Below, one piece after another: positions 17,014 to 25,337 of a stretch of 32,000 bases of DNA. The stretch's first letter is position 1. The number at the start of each line of letters is the position of its first letter. The notes beneath the pieces were generated by a model, which was given only the letters and a program-made list of their open reading frames with translations, made no database searches and was not told the origin of the DNA. Origin of the DNA: Xanthomonas campestris pv. campestris str. ATCC 33913 (GTDB taxonomy: Bacteria; Pseudomonadota; Gammaproteobacteria; Xanthomonadales; Xanthomonadaceae); contig NC_003902.1 of NCBI RefSeq assembly GCF_000007145.1, positions 4,106,497 to 4,138,496 of the forward strand, in the 5' to 3' direction. Made by a program: the position numbers and the translations under genes.

Positions 17014-18024
17014 TTACCATGCCGCCGTAGACATTAAGGCCTTAACTTCTGCTTTAGGTAACAGCCGCTTCGTGAAGTAAGCATCTTCGTAATACTTGAT
17101 CTTCTCGCAGAGCACCGGGCTTGGGATGCCTTCATAGAGGAAGACTTCCTTATCAAAACCCATCGCCTTCAACTCCTGCGGCAGCATCAAGGCGCGGCGC
17201 TGCTCGGTTTCTGAATAAGACACGCTGCTTTGCTTGCCACTGGTTTGCGACTTGTTCTTCTTGCGCACCGTGGTGTAGCCGAGCATGTCCGAGTAGTCGT
17301 TGGCGTCTTGCTGCTCGCGCGGGGCATAGACGATTTGCAAGGCGTGGTTGGTGATGATGGTGCGCGAGACATCCTTGCCATAGGTCGCGTCCAGCTGCGC
17401 CATGCTCTGGATGATCGGTAGCAAGCGAATGTTGTAGCCGGCCATGTAGCTCACCGCGCTTGCAATGATGTCGACCCGGCCGATGGACGTGAACTCGTCC
17501 ATCAGCAACAAACACTGGTGTTCGAGCACCGGGTTGTTCTGCGGCAGCTCTTTGGTGTTGAGGTTGATGAGCTGACTAAACAGCAAGTTGATCAACAGGC
17601 GGCTTTCGGCAAGCTTGTTCGGCTGGATGCCGATGTAGATGCTCATCTTCTTCTTGCGCACATCAGTCAGCAGGAAGTCGTTGTCGCTGGTTGACGCATC
17701 CAGGATCGGATTGATGAACTGGTTGAGCGGTTCCTTGAACGTGCCCATGATCGAGGCGAAGGTCTCTTCGGCTTGCGAGAGCAAATTGTCAAAGGCTGTC
17801 TTTGCGTCACGACCCAGGAAGTCGCGCTGCGAGAGCTTTTTGAGGTAGCCCTTCAAGTCGCTGCCATCTCCCGACGACACGCGATAGAGCATTCCAAGGG
17901 TTGGAAACATCCAGGTGTCTTTGGGGTGCTCGCGCTTGATCTGATCATCGAGGCTATCGAACAGATAGAGCGTAAACGCCATGAAGGCGTTGCGGGCCTG
18001 GCTCACCCAGAACTTTTGGGCGTC
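17014..18024 (-). pseudogene. virD4: virD4/traG-type T4SS coupling protein, C-terminal fragment (IS-disrupted)
   Basis: Part of track ORF 17014..18225. From codon GAC at 18024 it reads DAQKFWVSQARNAFMAFTLYLF … LLLMDEFTSIGRVD (Walker B-like) … NIRLLPIIQSMAQL … MLPQELKAMG, typical of the TraG/VirD4 C-terminal two thirds. Residues encoded by 18025-18225 are read-through from the IS. Confidence 0.85.
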
Positions 18025-18056
18025 CGACGTCCCCCCGCCCTGAGTAGCGGCCTGGT

Positions 18057-18908
18057 TTAGAGTCCGGGGTTGATGATATCGGTGTTTGCCAGATGTTGGG
18101 CATAAGCAGCCGGGGTCATGCCGCCGATTGCTTTCTTGGGTCGGTCCTCGTTGTATTCGCGTCGCCAGCGTTCGATTTCGGTGCGCGCGTGCAGTAACGT
18201 CGGGAACCAGTGCTCGTTGAGGCATTCGTCGCGCAGTCGGCCGTTGAAGGATTCGACGTAGGCGTTCTGGTTCGGTTTGCCTGGCTGGATGAGCCGTAGT
18301 TGCACATTACGGGCATGCGCCCAGGCGACCATCGCCTTACCGCAAAACTCCTTGCCGTTGTCAGTGCGGATCACCTTCGGCAAACCGCGACTGTGCGCCA
18401 GTCGGTCCAGCACGCGCGTCACCCCGTGCCCGGAGATCGCGCGCTCCACTTCGATGGCGACCACTTCGTGGGTTGCATCGTCCACGATCACCAGACACTT
18501 GATCACCCGGCCTTCGGCGGTGCGGTCGAACACAAAGTCCATCGACCACACCTGGTTGGCCTGCGATGGCCGCAGCAGCGGTTGACGCTCGCCTATTGGG
18601 ACCTTCTTGCGCTTGCGGCGGCGCACTTGCAGCTGCTGCTCGCGGTACAACCGTTCCACACGCTTGTAGTTCACGATGCGCCCTTCTTGCCGCAATTTGA
18701 GATAGATCATTCCCACGCCATAGCGGCGATGGCGATGTGCCAACGCACAGATGCGTTCGCGCAGTTCGCCATTGCGATCTTCGCGCGGGCAATACCGCAG
18801 TGCACTGGCGCTCATGCCGATCACTGCCAACGCACGACGCTCGCTGGCACCACGCCCGATCCATTCGCGCACCAGCGTCCGACGCGCCGGTGCGCTTACC
18901 ACTTTTTT
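18057..18908 (-). CDS. IS3-family transposase OrfB (DDE integrase core), expressed as OrfAB by -1 frameshift
   Basis: The slippery heptamer A AAA AAG is the complement of 18902-18908, and the OrfB frame is -1 relative to OrfA there. The product reads KKVVSAPARRTL… WSMDFVFD … IRTDNGKEF … YVESFNGRLRDECLN (D, D, E region). The first ~58 codons of track ORF 18057..19082 merely overlap orfA. Confidence 0.88.
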   Translation of the reverse strand, partial: KKVVSAPARRTLVREWIGRGASERRALAVIGMSASALRYCPREDRNGELRERICALAHRHRRYGVGMIYLKLRQEGRIVNYKRVERLYREQQLQVRRRKRKKVPIGERQPLLRPSQANQVWSMDFVFDRTAEGRVIKCLVIVDDATHEVVAIEVERAISGHGVTRVLDRLAHSRGLPKVIRTDNGKEFCGKAMVAWAHARNVQLRLIQPGKPNQNAYVESFNGRLRDECLNEHWFPTLLHARTEIERWRREYNEDRPKKAIGGMTPAAYAQHLANTDIINPGL

Positions 18909-19165
18909 CGCAGTGCATCCTTGATCAGGTCGTTCTCGAACAGCTGCTCGGCCAGCAACTTCTTCAGCCGCGCGTTCTCGGACTCTAGGTCCTTGAGCCG
19001 CTTGGCATCGGGCACGCTCATCCCACCGAACTTGCTGCGCCACAGGTAGTACGAGGCCTCGCTGAAGCCATGCCGCCGGCACAGGTCCTTGATGGCGACG
19101 CCGCTTTCGGCTTCGCGCAGAAAGCCGATGACCTGCTCGTCAGTAAAACGTTTCTTCACGTCCAA
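18896..19165 (-). CDS. IS3-family transposase OrfA (HTH)
   Basis: 89 aa: MDVKKRFTDEQVIGFLREAESGVAIKDLCRRHGFSEASYYLWRSKFGGMSVPDAKRLKDLESENARLKKLLAEQ, the classic IS3/IS407-group OrfA with a leucine zipper. It ends …CGA AAA AAG TGG TAA. Confidence 0.9.
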   Translation of the reverse strand: MDVKKRFTDEQVIGFLREAESGVAIKDLCRRHGFSEASYYLWRSKFGGMSVPDAKRLKDLESENARLKKLLAEQLFENDLIKDALRKKW

Positions 19166-19227
19166 TCTCCTCGGGGTAGGGAATTGGACTCCAAACTGAG
19201 GCGCTACTCAAAATTGGGGGGACGTCG

Positions 19228-19921
19228 CGTCAGAGCCATCCGGGTAGAGCATCGCCGCAACACTCATCAGATCCGACACGCGAAACGCCGGGTCCGGTGA
19301 GATATAGCTGAGCGGGTTCCAACGGTGGGTGCGCCCGTCTTCCGCGAACGGGTTAAACAAAAAGACTTCCTGGCCTTGGCTCTTGCGCCAACCCGAGGTC
19401 AGGTCGAAATTCTCCTGCTTGATGTCCAGAACGACCACCGATCCTTGGTAGTCGAGCAAATTGGGAATGACGATGCCCACGCCCTTGCCCGAACGCGTGG
19501 GCGCGGCCAGGATCACAAACTGCTGACCAGGCAAGCGCACCACCTTGCCGCCGTGCTTGCCAACCACAATGCCGGTTGGCGACGGTTTGAGCATGTCCTT
19601 CTTGGCCAGATCACTGCCGGAGGCAAAGCGCGCGTCGCCATGCAATGCGGCCGCCTTTGGCTTGAACAGCGGGATCAGCAGCGCGATCCAGGCCAGCAGC
19701 GGCACGCCGAAGCCTATGGCACCAGCCAGCTTGATCTTGCTGGCATAGGGAGCGAACTGCGGGAGGTCGAGCGCTTTGACGTAAGACCAGTAAGTGTCGA
19801 CGCTGAGCGGCGCAGCCACCTTCAACAGCATCAAGATCAACTGACCGGAGAAGAAAATTCCCGCGATTGCTGCGAGCAGCAACAGGCCGAATGCAGCGAC
19901 TATCCTGAGATTACTGCTCAC
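19228..19921 (-). pseudogene. virD4: virD4/traG-type T4SS coupling protein, N-terminal fragment (IS-disrupted)
   Basis: GTG start at 19921 with AAAGGAA upstream. It has two N-terminal TM segments (IVAAFGLLLLAAIAGIFF; AIGFGVPLLAWIALLIPLF), the Walker A ILAAPTRSGKGVGIVIPNLL, and then VVVLDIKQENF. The sequence ends …MLYPDGSDA at the IS junction. The track ORF runs 7 more codons into the IS, to 19208. Deleting the IS plus one TSD copy restores a 566-aa ORF. Confidence 0.88.
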
Positions 19922-20057
19922 CGTGCGATTCCTTTCATCGGTCCTTGACTCGTCTACCAGCGTAAGCCGTCTTCCAGATTACAGGGTCAGCACCCGCTGA
20001 CTGTCAGGAAGCTCTACCAGCCATGCAAGATTTTCTGCCAGGTCTGCCTTGCAAGGC

Positions 20058-20199
20058 ATGAGGATTAAGAGCGGCTAACAAAACGTAGCGAGCAGTCGTC
20101 AGGTGGGTGCGGACGGCGCGGAGGAACCGGAGTGTACGTGGGTACATGAGGATTCCGAGCACCGGCCGCGCCCGCCTGACGGCTGCGCAGTAGTTTTGA
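20058..20199. repeat. ~142-bp long imperfect palindrome, copy A of a two-member family
   Basis: The arms are agagcggctaacaaaacgtagcgagcagtcgtcaggtgggtgcggacggcgcggaggaaccggagtgtac and gtacatgaggattccgagcaccggccgcgcccgcctgacggctgcgcagtagttttgatagctgctct, roughly three quarters complementary by eye. It is colinear with 25402-25547. It sits between the virD4 start and the rodA stop. Confidence 0.75.
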
Positions 20200-20317
20200 T
20201 AGCTGCTCTAAGGTGCCAGTTACTGCACTGATCAGCCTCTCTTGACGAGTCCACAGCGCTCATTTGCAAAGGCCGGCATTGCGAAAATTGGCTATTCGGG
20301 CACAGCGGCCGACAGCC

Positions 20318-21436
20318 TCAGTACCCGTGCACCGGTCGATGCGATTTCACCGCCATCACCAGGCCCAGCCCTGCCAGCAGCGAGACCGCCGAGGTGCCGC
20401 CGTAGCTCATCAGCGGCATCGGCACACCGACCACCGGCAGCAGGCCGGAGATCATGCCGCCGTTGACCAGCACGTAGACGAAGAACGCCAGGCCAGTGGC
20501 GCCGGCGATCAGGCGCGAATAGGTGTCGCGTGCCTGCGAGGCGATCCACAGGCAGCGGCCGATCACCACCAGGTAGAGCGTCAGCACCGTGGCCACGCCG
20601 ATCCAGCCGAATTCCTCGCTGAGCACCGAAAACGCAAAGTCGGTGGTCTGTTCGGGGATGAAGTTCAGGTGCGACTGCGAGCCCAGCCCCCAGCCCTTGC
20701 CGTTCAATCCGCCAGAGCCAATGGCGATCTTGGACTGGATGATGTTCCAGCCGGCGCCGAGCGCATCGTTTTCCGGGTTGAGGAACATCATGATGCGGTC
20801 CTTCTGGTATGGCCGCAGCAGCCAGAACCAGGCCACCGGCGCCGCGGCCGAGACGCCGCCGACGCCCACCGCCACCCACCACCACGGCAGGCCGGCCAGC
20901 AGCAGCACGAACACGCCGCTGGCGGCGATCAGCACGCCGGTGCCGAAGTCCGGCTGCAACATGATCAAGGCGGTAGGCACGCCGATGATCACGCAGGTGA
21001 CCAGCACGGTGGAAATGCGCGGCGGCAATGGCATGCGGTGCAGATACCAGGCCGCCATCATCGGCAGGCTGATCTTGAGCAGCTCGGCCGGCTGCAGGTA
21101 GAACAGCTTGAGATCCAGCCACTGGCGGCCGTATTTGCCGGTGCCCAGCGCGAACACCGCCAGCAGCGGCAGCATCGACAAGCCGTACACCCACGGCGTC
21201 CACGCGCGCAGGCGCAGCACCGACATGCGCGAGATGCCCCACATTGCCGCCGCGCCGATGGCAAAGCGCACGCCTTGCGCCATCACCAGGTGATCGCCGT
21301 TGGCGGTGCCGCCGGCGCTCTTGAGCACCGACAGGCCGATCACCATCAGCGCGGCCAGCGCCAGGCACAGCACCCAGTCCAGGCTGCGGGCGAAGCGTGC
21401 GGCCAGATCCACCAGCCAGCGCAGGATGTCGCTCAC
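20318..21436 (-). CDS. rodA: Peptidoglycan glycosyltransferase RodA (SEDS family)
   Basis: 372 aa, polytopic, with FtsW/RodA/SpoVE blocks (QPAELLKI, PDFGTGVLI, IPEQTTDFAFSVLSEEFG, GLLPVVGVPMPLMSYGGTS). The GTG start overlaps the mrdA stop. Confidence 0.93.
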   Translation of the reverse strand: MSDILRWLVDLAARFARSLDWVLCLALAALMVIGLSVLKSAGGTANGDHLVMAQGVRFAIGAAAMWGISRMSVLRLRAWTPWVYGLSMLPLLAVFALGTGKYGRQWLDLKLFYLQPAELLKISLPMMAAWYLHRMPLPPRISTVLVTCVIIGVPTALIMLQPDFGTGVLIAASGVFVLLLAGLPWWWVAVGVGGVSAAAPVAWFWLLRPYQKDRIMMFLNPENDALGAGWNIIQSKIAIGSGGLNGKGWGLGSQSHLNFIPEQTTDFAFSVLSEEFGWIGVATVLTLYLVVIGRCLWIASQARDTYSRLIAGATGLAFFVYVLVNGGMISGLLPVVGVPMPLMSYGGTSAVSLLAGLGLVMAVKSHRPVHGY

Positions 21437-23493
21437 CGGTCGGTCTCCGAGACAGTGTCCGGCACGTCCGGAATCACCGGTTGCGCGGGGCGGTTGGGAT
21501 CCAGGGCCACGGCCACCTGGCCGATCACCACCGGCAATTCGTCCAGCGCCGCAGCGGCGGCATCGCCTTGCTGGCGCGCATCGGTGGCGCCGGCCTCGAA
21601 CTGGTTCACGCCGACCGCGGTCATGCCCAGCTCGCTATCCAGCGGCTCCAGGCCTTCGGGCAACTTGCCGAGCAGCCAGGCATCGAAGATCTTGCGCGCG
21701 ATCGGCGCGGCCGAACTGGTGCCGAAACCGCCACCTTCCACCGCCACCGCGACGGCGATGACTGGGTTGTCGGCAGGGGCAAAACCCACGAACAGGCCGC
21801 GGTGGCGCAGATGCAAGGGCAGGCTGCGCGGGTCCACGGCAGCCACGCCGCGGCGGCTGACCACCTGCGCGGTGCCGGTCTTGCCGGCCATTTGGTACGG
21901 CGCGCCAGGGGTGATCGCATAGCCGGTGCCGCCCGGGCGCATGGTGTCCATCATGCCCTCGCGCACCACCTGCAGATGGGCGGCGTTGGCGCTGATCGGC
22001 TTGCCCGGCGGCTGGATCATCGGCTGCCAGGGGTGGTCGAACCCGGTACGTTCTTCCAGCACCAGGTGCGGGCGCAGCAACAGGCCGCCGGCAATGGCCG
22101 AGACCCCACGCACGAGCTGCAGCGGCGTCACTTTCCAGTCGCCCTGGCCGATGGCGATGTTGACCGTGTCGCCCGGGTACCAGCGCTCCTTGCGGGTCTT
22201 GTACTTGTAGGCCGGCGACGGCAGGATGCCGCCGATTTCGCCCAGCAGATCCACCCCGGTGGGCTGGCCGAAGCCGTATTCGCCCATGTAGTGGTCGAAG
22301 CGGTCGATGCCCATGTCCACCGCCAGGCGGTAGTAATAGGTATTGACCGACTGGGCGATCGACTTGCGCAGATCGGTCCAGCCATGCCCGCCACGGTGCG
22401 AATCGCCCCAGCCACGGCTGACGCCCGGCAGATAGAACATGCCGGTGGAGAGCACGCGGTCTTCCGGGCGGCGCAGCCCGCTGTCCAGGCCGGCCAGGGC
22501 GATCAACGGCTTGAGCGTGGAGCCCGGCGCCACGCCACCGAGCACCAGCCGGTTGAACTGCGGCCGCGAGGGGTTGTCGTTGAGTGCCTTGAAGTCGGTA
22601 TGCGAGATGCCGTTGACGAACAGGTTGGGGTCGTAGCTGGGCAGGCTGACCATGCCCAGGATCTCGCCGGTGCGCGGGTCCATCGCGATCGCCGCACCTT
22701 CGTGTTCGCCGAACGCGGCCACCATCGCGCGCTGCAGGTCGGCATCGACCGACAGGCGCAGGTCTGCGCCCGATTGCGGCGCCACCCGGCCCACCGTGCG
22801 GATCGCCCGGCCCTGCACGTTGGTTTCCACCTGTTCGTAGCCCACCTGGCCGCGCAGGTCCTGTTCGTAATAGCGCTCCAGCCCGGACTTGCCCATGTGG
22901 GTGAGCGCGGCATTGCCCTCGCCCAGCACCGCCAGGTCCTTTTCGTCGATGCGCCCAACGTAGCCAATGATGTGCGCAAACAGCGGCCCGTACGGGTAGC
23001 GCCGGGTCAGGTACGGCTCCAGCTCCACGCCGGGGAAGCGCCAGCGCTCCACCGCGAAGCGCGCCATCTCCTCATCGCTCATGCGCAGCTTCAGGGTCCC
23101 CGGCAAGAAGCTGCGGCGGGCCTTGCGCTCGCGGTTGAAGCGCTCCAGGTCCTCGGGCGCGATGGGGATCACCTTGCCGAGCGCGGCCAGCATGGTCTCC
23201 ATGTTCTCGACCTTGTCCGGGGTCACGTCCAGGCGGAACGCCGGCACGTTCTCGGCCAGCAGCCGGCCGCTGCGGTCGTAGATCATGCCGCGCCCAGGGA
23301 CCACCGGACGCGGCTTGATGCGGTTGGCCTCCGACCGGGTGGCATAGACCTCGTGGTCGAGCACCTGCAGCTTGAAGTACCAGCCGCCCAGCCCGACCAG
23401 GCACAGCACCACCATCACAAAGCCCAGCACCGCGCGGCGGCGGAACTGCTCGGCCTCGGCGTGCGGATTCTTGGGGTGGCGACGCCCGTGCAT
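21433..23493 (-). CDS. mrdA: Penicillin-binding protein 2 (elongasome transpeptidase)
   Basis: 686 aa with an N-terminal TM anchor. PBP dimerisation and transpeptidase domains carry GSTLKP (SxxK), SVN (SxN) and AGKTGTA (KTG). Located upstream of rodA and downstream of mreD. Confidence 0.93.
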   Translation of the reverse strand: MHGRRHPKNPHAEAEQFRRRAVLGFVMVVLCLVGLGGWYFKLQVLDHEVYATRSEANRIKPRPVVPGRGMIYDRSGRLLAENVPAFRLDVTPDKVENMETMLAALGKVIPIAPEDLERFNRERKARRSFLPGTLKLRMSDEEMARFAVERWRFPGVELEPYLTRRYPYGPLFAHIIGYVGRIDEKDLAVLGEGNAALTHMGKSGLERYYEQDLRGQVGYEQVETNVQGRAIRTVGRVAPQSGADLRLSVDADLQRAMVAAFGEHEGAAIAMDPRTGEILGMVSLPSYDPNLFVNGISHTDFKALNDNPSRPQFNRLVLGGVAPGSTLKPLIALAGLDSGLRRPEDRVLSTGMFYLPGVSRGWGDSHRGGHGWTDLRKSIAQSVNTYYYRLAVDMGIDRFDHYMGEYGFGQPTGVDLLGEIGGILPSPAYKYKTRKERWYPGDTVNIAIGQGDWKVTPLQLVRGVSAIAGGLLLRPHLVLEERTGFDHPWQPMIQPPGKPISANAAHLQVVREGMMDTMRPGGTGYAITPGAPYQMAGKTGTAQVVSRRGVAAVDPRSLPLHLRHRGLFVGFAPADNPVIAVAVAVEGGGFGTSSAAPIARKIFDAWLLGKLPEGLEPLDSELGMTAVGVNQFEAGATDARQQGDAAAAALDELPVVIGQVAVALDPNRPAQPVIPDVPDTVSETDR

Positions 23494-23496
23494 GGG

Positions 23497-23982
23497 TTAC
23501 TTCTTGCTCCGCTTGCCCAGCCGCACTGCATCCAGCAACACGAACACCGGCGGCCACAGCGCCATGCCGAGCAGCGGCGCCCACCAGTAGCTCCATGGCA
23601 GGGTGGGCTCACCCACCGCCAGATGCACCGCCGAGGAGACGATACGGTCGTTGAGCAATAGCCCGCCGATCGCCAGCGCCTGCTGAGAGATCGGGAAAAA
23701 GCGCATCCGCGCGCGGAAGCGCTGCAGGATGAAGGTCATGATCACCAGCCGCAGCGCCTGTTCGCCAAGCAGACCGCCATACAGCAGGTCGGCCAGCACC
23801 CCGGCCACGAACGCCGCGCCAAGCCCTACCCGGTCCGGCTCCTCGATCACCCAATAGGCCAGCACCAGCGCCAGCCAGTACGGGCGCAGCGGCTGCACCA
23901 CCGCCGGCAGCGGCAGCAGCCCCAGCACCAGCGCGATCATGATGCTGACCGGCAGGATCCAGCTGTTGCGCATGCGGCTCAT
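23497..23982 (-). CDS. mreD: Rod shape-determining protein MreD
   Basis: A 161-aa polytopic membrane protein in the conserved position between mreC and mrdA. Its start overlaps the mreC stop by 4 nt. Confidence 0.85.
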   Translation of the reverse strand: MSRMRNSWILPVSIMIALVLGLLPLPAVVQPLRPYWLALVLAYWVIEEPDRVGLGAAFVAGVLADLLYGGLLGEQALRLVIMTFILQRFRARMRFFPISQQALAIGGLLLNDRIVSSAVHLAVGEPTLPWSYWWAPLLGMALWPPVFVLLDAVRLGKRSKK

Positions 23983-25328
23983 TGGTCCGTCTCCGTGGGA
24001 GACGGCCGGGAATCGGGAGTCGGGAGTCGGGAATCGATAGGAGCAGTGCTCTGCGGCGGTGAGGCGCTGCGGTTGCCCGTTCCCGATGCTGCATTCCCTG
24101 ATGCCCGTGAGCCCTGCGGCGACGCCGGGCGGGAATCGGGATGCTGGATGCTGGATTCGTTCGATGCAGGAGGACGGGCAGGCAGACTTGTCGGGCGGCT
24201 GGGCGTCGGCGCGCTGGCCGGCTGTGCGCCAGGCGTGGCTGGTGTCGGCGCGGACTGGGCGCGCGGCGCGGCGCCGATATTGGTGGCGGTGGCGGTTGTG
24301 GCACCAAATGCCGCGCCCGCCGTCGGGCGTGCCGGATCGGTCGCCGCACTGGAACCGCCAGCCGCCGGCGTGCGCGGGGCTGCAGTCACCGGCATGTTCG
24401 CTGGCGCAGTGGTGTCTGGCGCGACACTGCCGTTGCCGTTGCCATTCCCAATTCCCGACTCCCCATTCCCAGCCCCCACCGCCACCCGCAGCGGCTTGCC
24501 GGCACGCAGCAACAGCACATCGCGGCCGCGGTCGAGCTTGGCGGCGGGGGTGAGTTCGCCGACCAGGAAGGCGTGGGTGTCGTCCGGATGCAGTTCGGAC
24601 ACCTTGCCGACCGGGAAGCCGGCCGGGAACCGCCCGCCCAGGCCGGAGGTGACGATCTCATCGCCCACCTGCACGCCGGCGCTGAGCGGGATGTCGCGCA
24701 GTTCGAGGCGGTCGCCGCGGCCGTAGACGATCAGGCGCACGCCGTTGCGCGCCACGCTGACCGGCACCGCATGGTCCGGGTCGGTGAGTAGCAGCACGGT
24801 GGAATGCAGCGGCGTCACTTCGATCACCTGCCCCATCAGCCCACCGGCGTCGATCACCGCCTGGCCCATCAGCACGCCGTCGCGGCTGCCGGCATCCAGC
24901 AGCAGGCGTTGTCGGGTGGGGTCCAGGTCGATATCCAGGATGGGCGCCAGCTGCACGTCCAGGCCGCGGCGCTCGGCCACGTTGAGCAGTTCCCGCAGCT
25001 GGGCGTTGTCCAGCGCAGCGGTCTGCAGGCGGGTGAGGCGCGCATTGGCCACCAGCAGCTGGTTGCGCAGCGCGCGGGTCTCTTCCACCAGTTGGGCGTG
25101 GGTCGCGGCGTTGTCGCGCACCTGCGAGCCGATCCGGCCCGGCAACCCCGCCACCGCCCACACCGGCTGGATCAGCAGATTGGCCTGCAGGCGCAGCTGG
25201 CTCAGCCAGCCACCGCGGCTGTCGAGCGCAATCAGCACGACCGCCAGCACCAGATAGACCAGCAGCCGCAGCGTGGAGGTGACTTCGCCCGGGCGGGAGG
25301 CGACAGGAGGACCGGCGTAGGAGGGCAC
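23979..25328 (-). CDS. mreC: Rod shape-determining protein MreC with an unusually long (~165 aa) low-complexity C-terminal tail
   Basis: The N-terminal ~285 aa are canonical MreC: a TM segment, a coiled coil (LRNQLLVANARLTRLQ) and beta-barrel blocks (VIDAGGLMGQVIEVTPLHSTVLLLTD, VTSGLGGRFPAGFPVGKV). The tail is P/A/S/T/G-rich and contains three heptamer-repeat blocks. The start is GTG at 25328 and is not certain. Confidence 0.88.
   Translation of the reverse strand: MPSYAGPPVASRPGEVTSTLRLLVYLVLAVVLIALDSRGGWLSQLRLQANLLIQPVWAVAGLPGRIGSQVRDNAATHAQLVEETRALRNQLLVANARLTRLQTAALDNAQLRELLNVAERRGLDVQLAPILDIDLDPTRQRLLLDAGSRDGVLMGQAVIDAGGLMGQVIEVTPLHSTVLLLTDPDHAVPVSVARNGVRLIVYGRGDRLELRDIPLSAGVQVGDEIVTSGLGGRFPAGFPVGKVSELHPDDTHAFLVGELTPAAKLDRGRDVLLLRAGKPLRVAVGAGNGESGIGNGNGNGSVAPDTTAPANMPVTAAPRTPAAGGSSAATDPARPTAGAAFGATTATATNIGAAPRAQSAPTPATPGAQPASAPTPSRPTSLPARPPASNESSIQHPDSRPASPQGSRASGNAASGTGNRSASPPQSTAPIDSRLPTPDSRPSPTETDQ
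24008..24470. repeat. GGGAATC-type heptamer blocks embedded in the mreC 3' coding tail
   Basis: gggaatcgggagtcgggagtcgggaatcg (24008-24036) and gggaatcgggatgctggatgctggattcg (24131-24159) are in one orientation. ccattcccaattcccgactccccattccc (24442-24470) is in the opposite orientation. This is the same polarity layout as the intergenic elements. In frame they translate as IDSRLPTPDSRP, …ESSIQHPDSRP… and GNGESGIGNGNG. Confidence 0.85.
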
Positions 25329-25337
25329 TTTCAGGGC

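Larger units (their letters stand above)
18025..19227 (-). mobile_element. IS3-family (IS407-group-like) insertion sequence, 1,203 bp, inserted in virD4
   Basis: Terminal inverted repeats are cgacgtcccccc (18025-18036) and ggggggacgtcg (19216-19227), a perfect 12 bp. Further shared blocks follow inward (TGAGTAGCG, GTTTRGAGTCC). It is flanked by direct CGTC at 18021-18024 and 19228-19231, a 4-bp TSD. It carries orfA/orfB with an A AAA AAG slippery site. Confidence 0.9.

Noticed and set aside
18025-18225. N-terminal 67 aa of ORF 17014..18225, and the last 7 codons of ORF 19208..19921
   Set aside because: These residues are encoded by the IS ends (read-through into or out of the insertion), not by virD4. 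The gene fragments were trimmed to the TSD junctions.
21397-23661. 754-aa plus-strand ORF; similar long ORFs at 1337..2545(+), 5845..7185(+), 7863..8750(+), 10112..11500(+), 20264..21922(+), 25688..26725(+), 26852..28036(-) and 28503..30551(-)
   Set aside because: All lie exactly opposite well-supported genes (mrdA, lipA, dacC, rlpA, pglA, rodA, mreB, the PfkB kinase and the sigma54 activator). All have the R/A/G/H/Q/D low-complexity composition typical of stop-free antisense frames in high-GC DNA. No catalytic or structural motifs were recognised.
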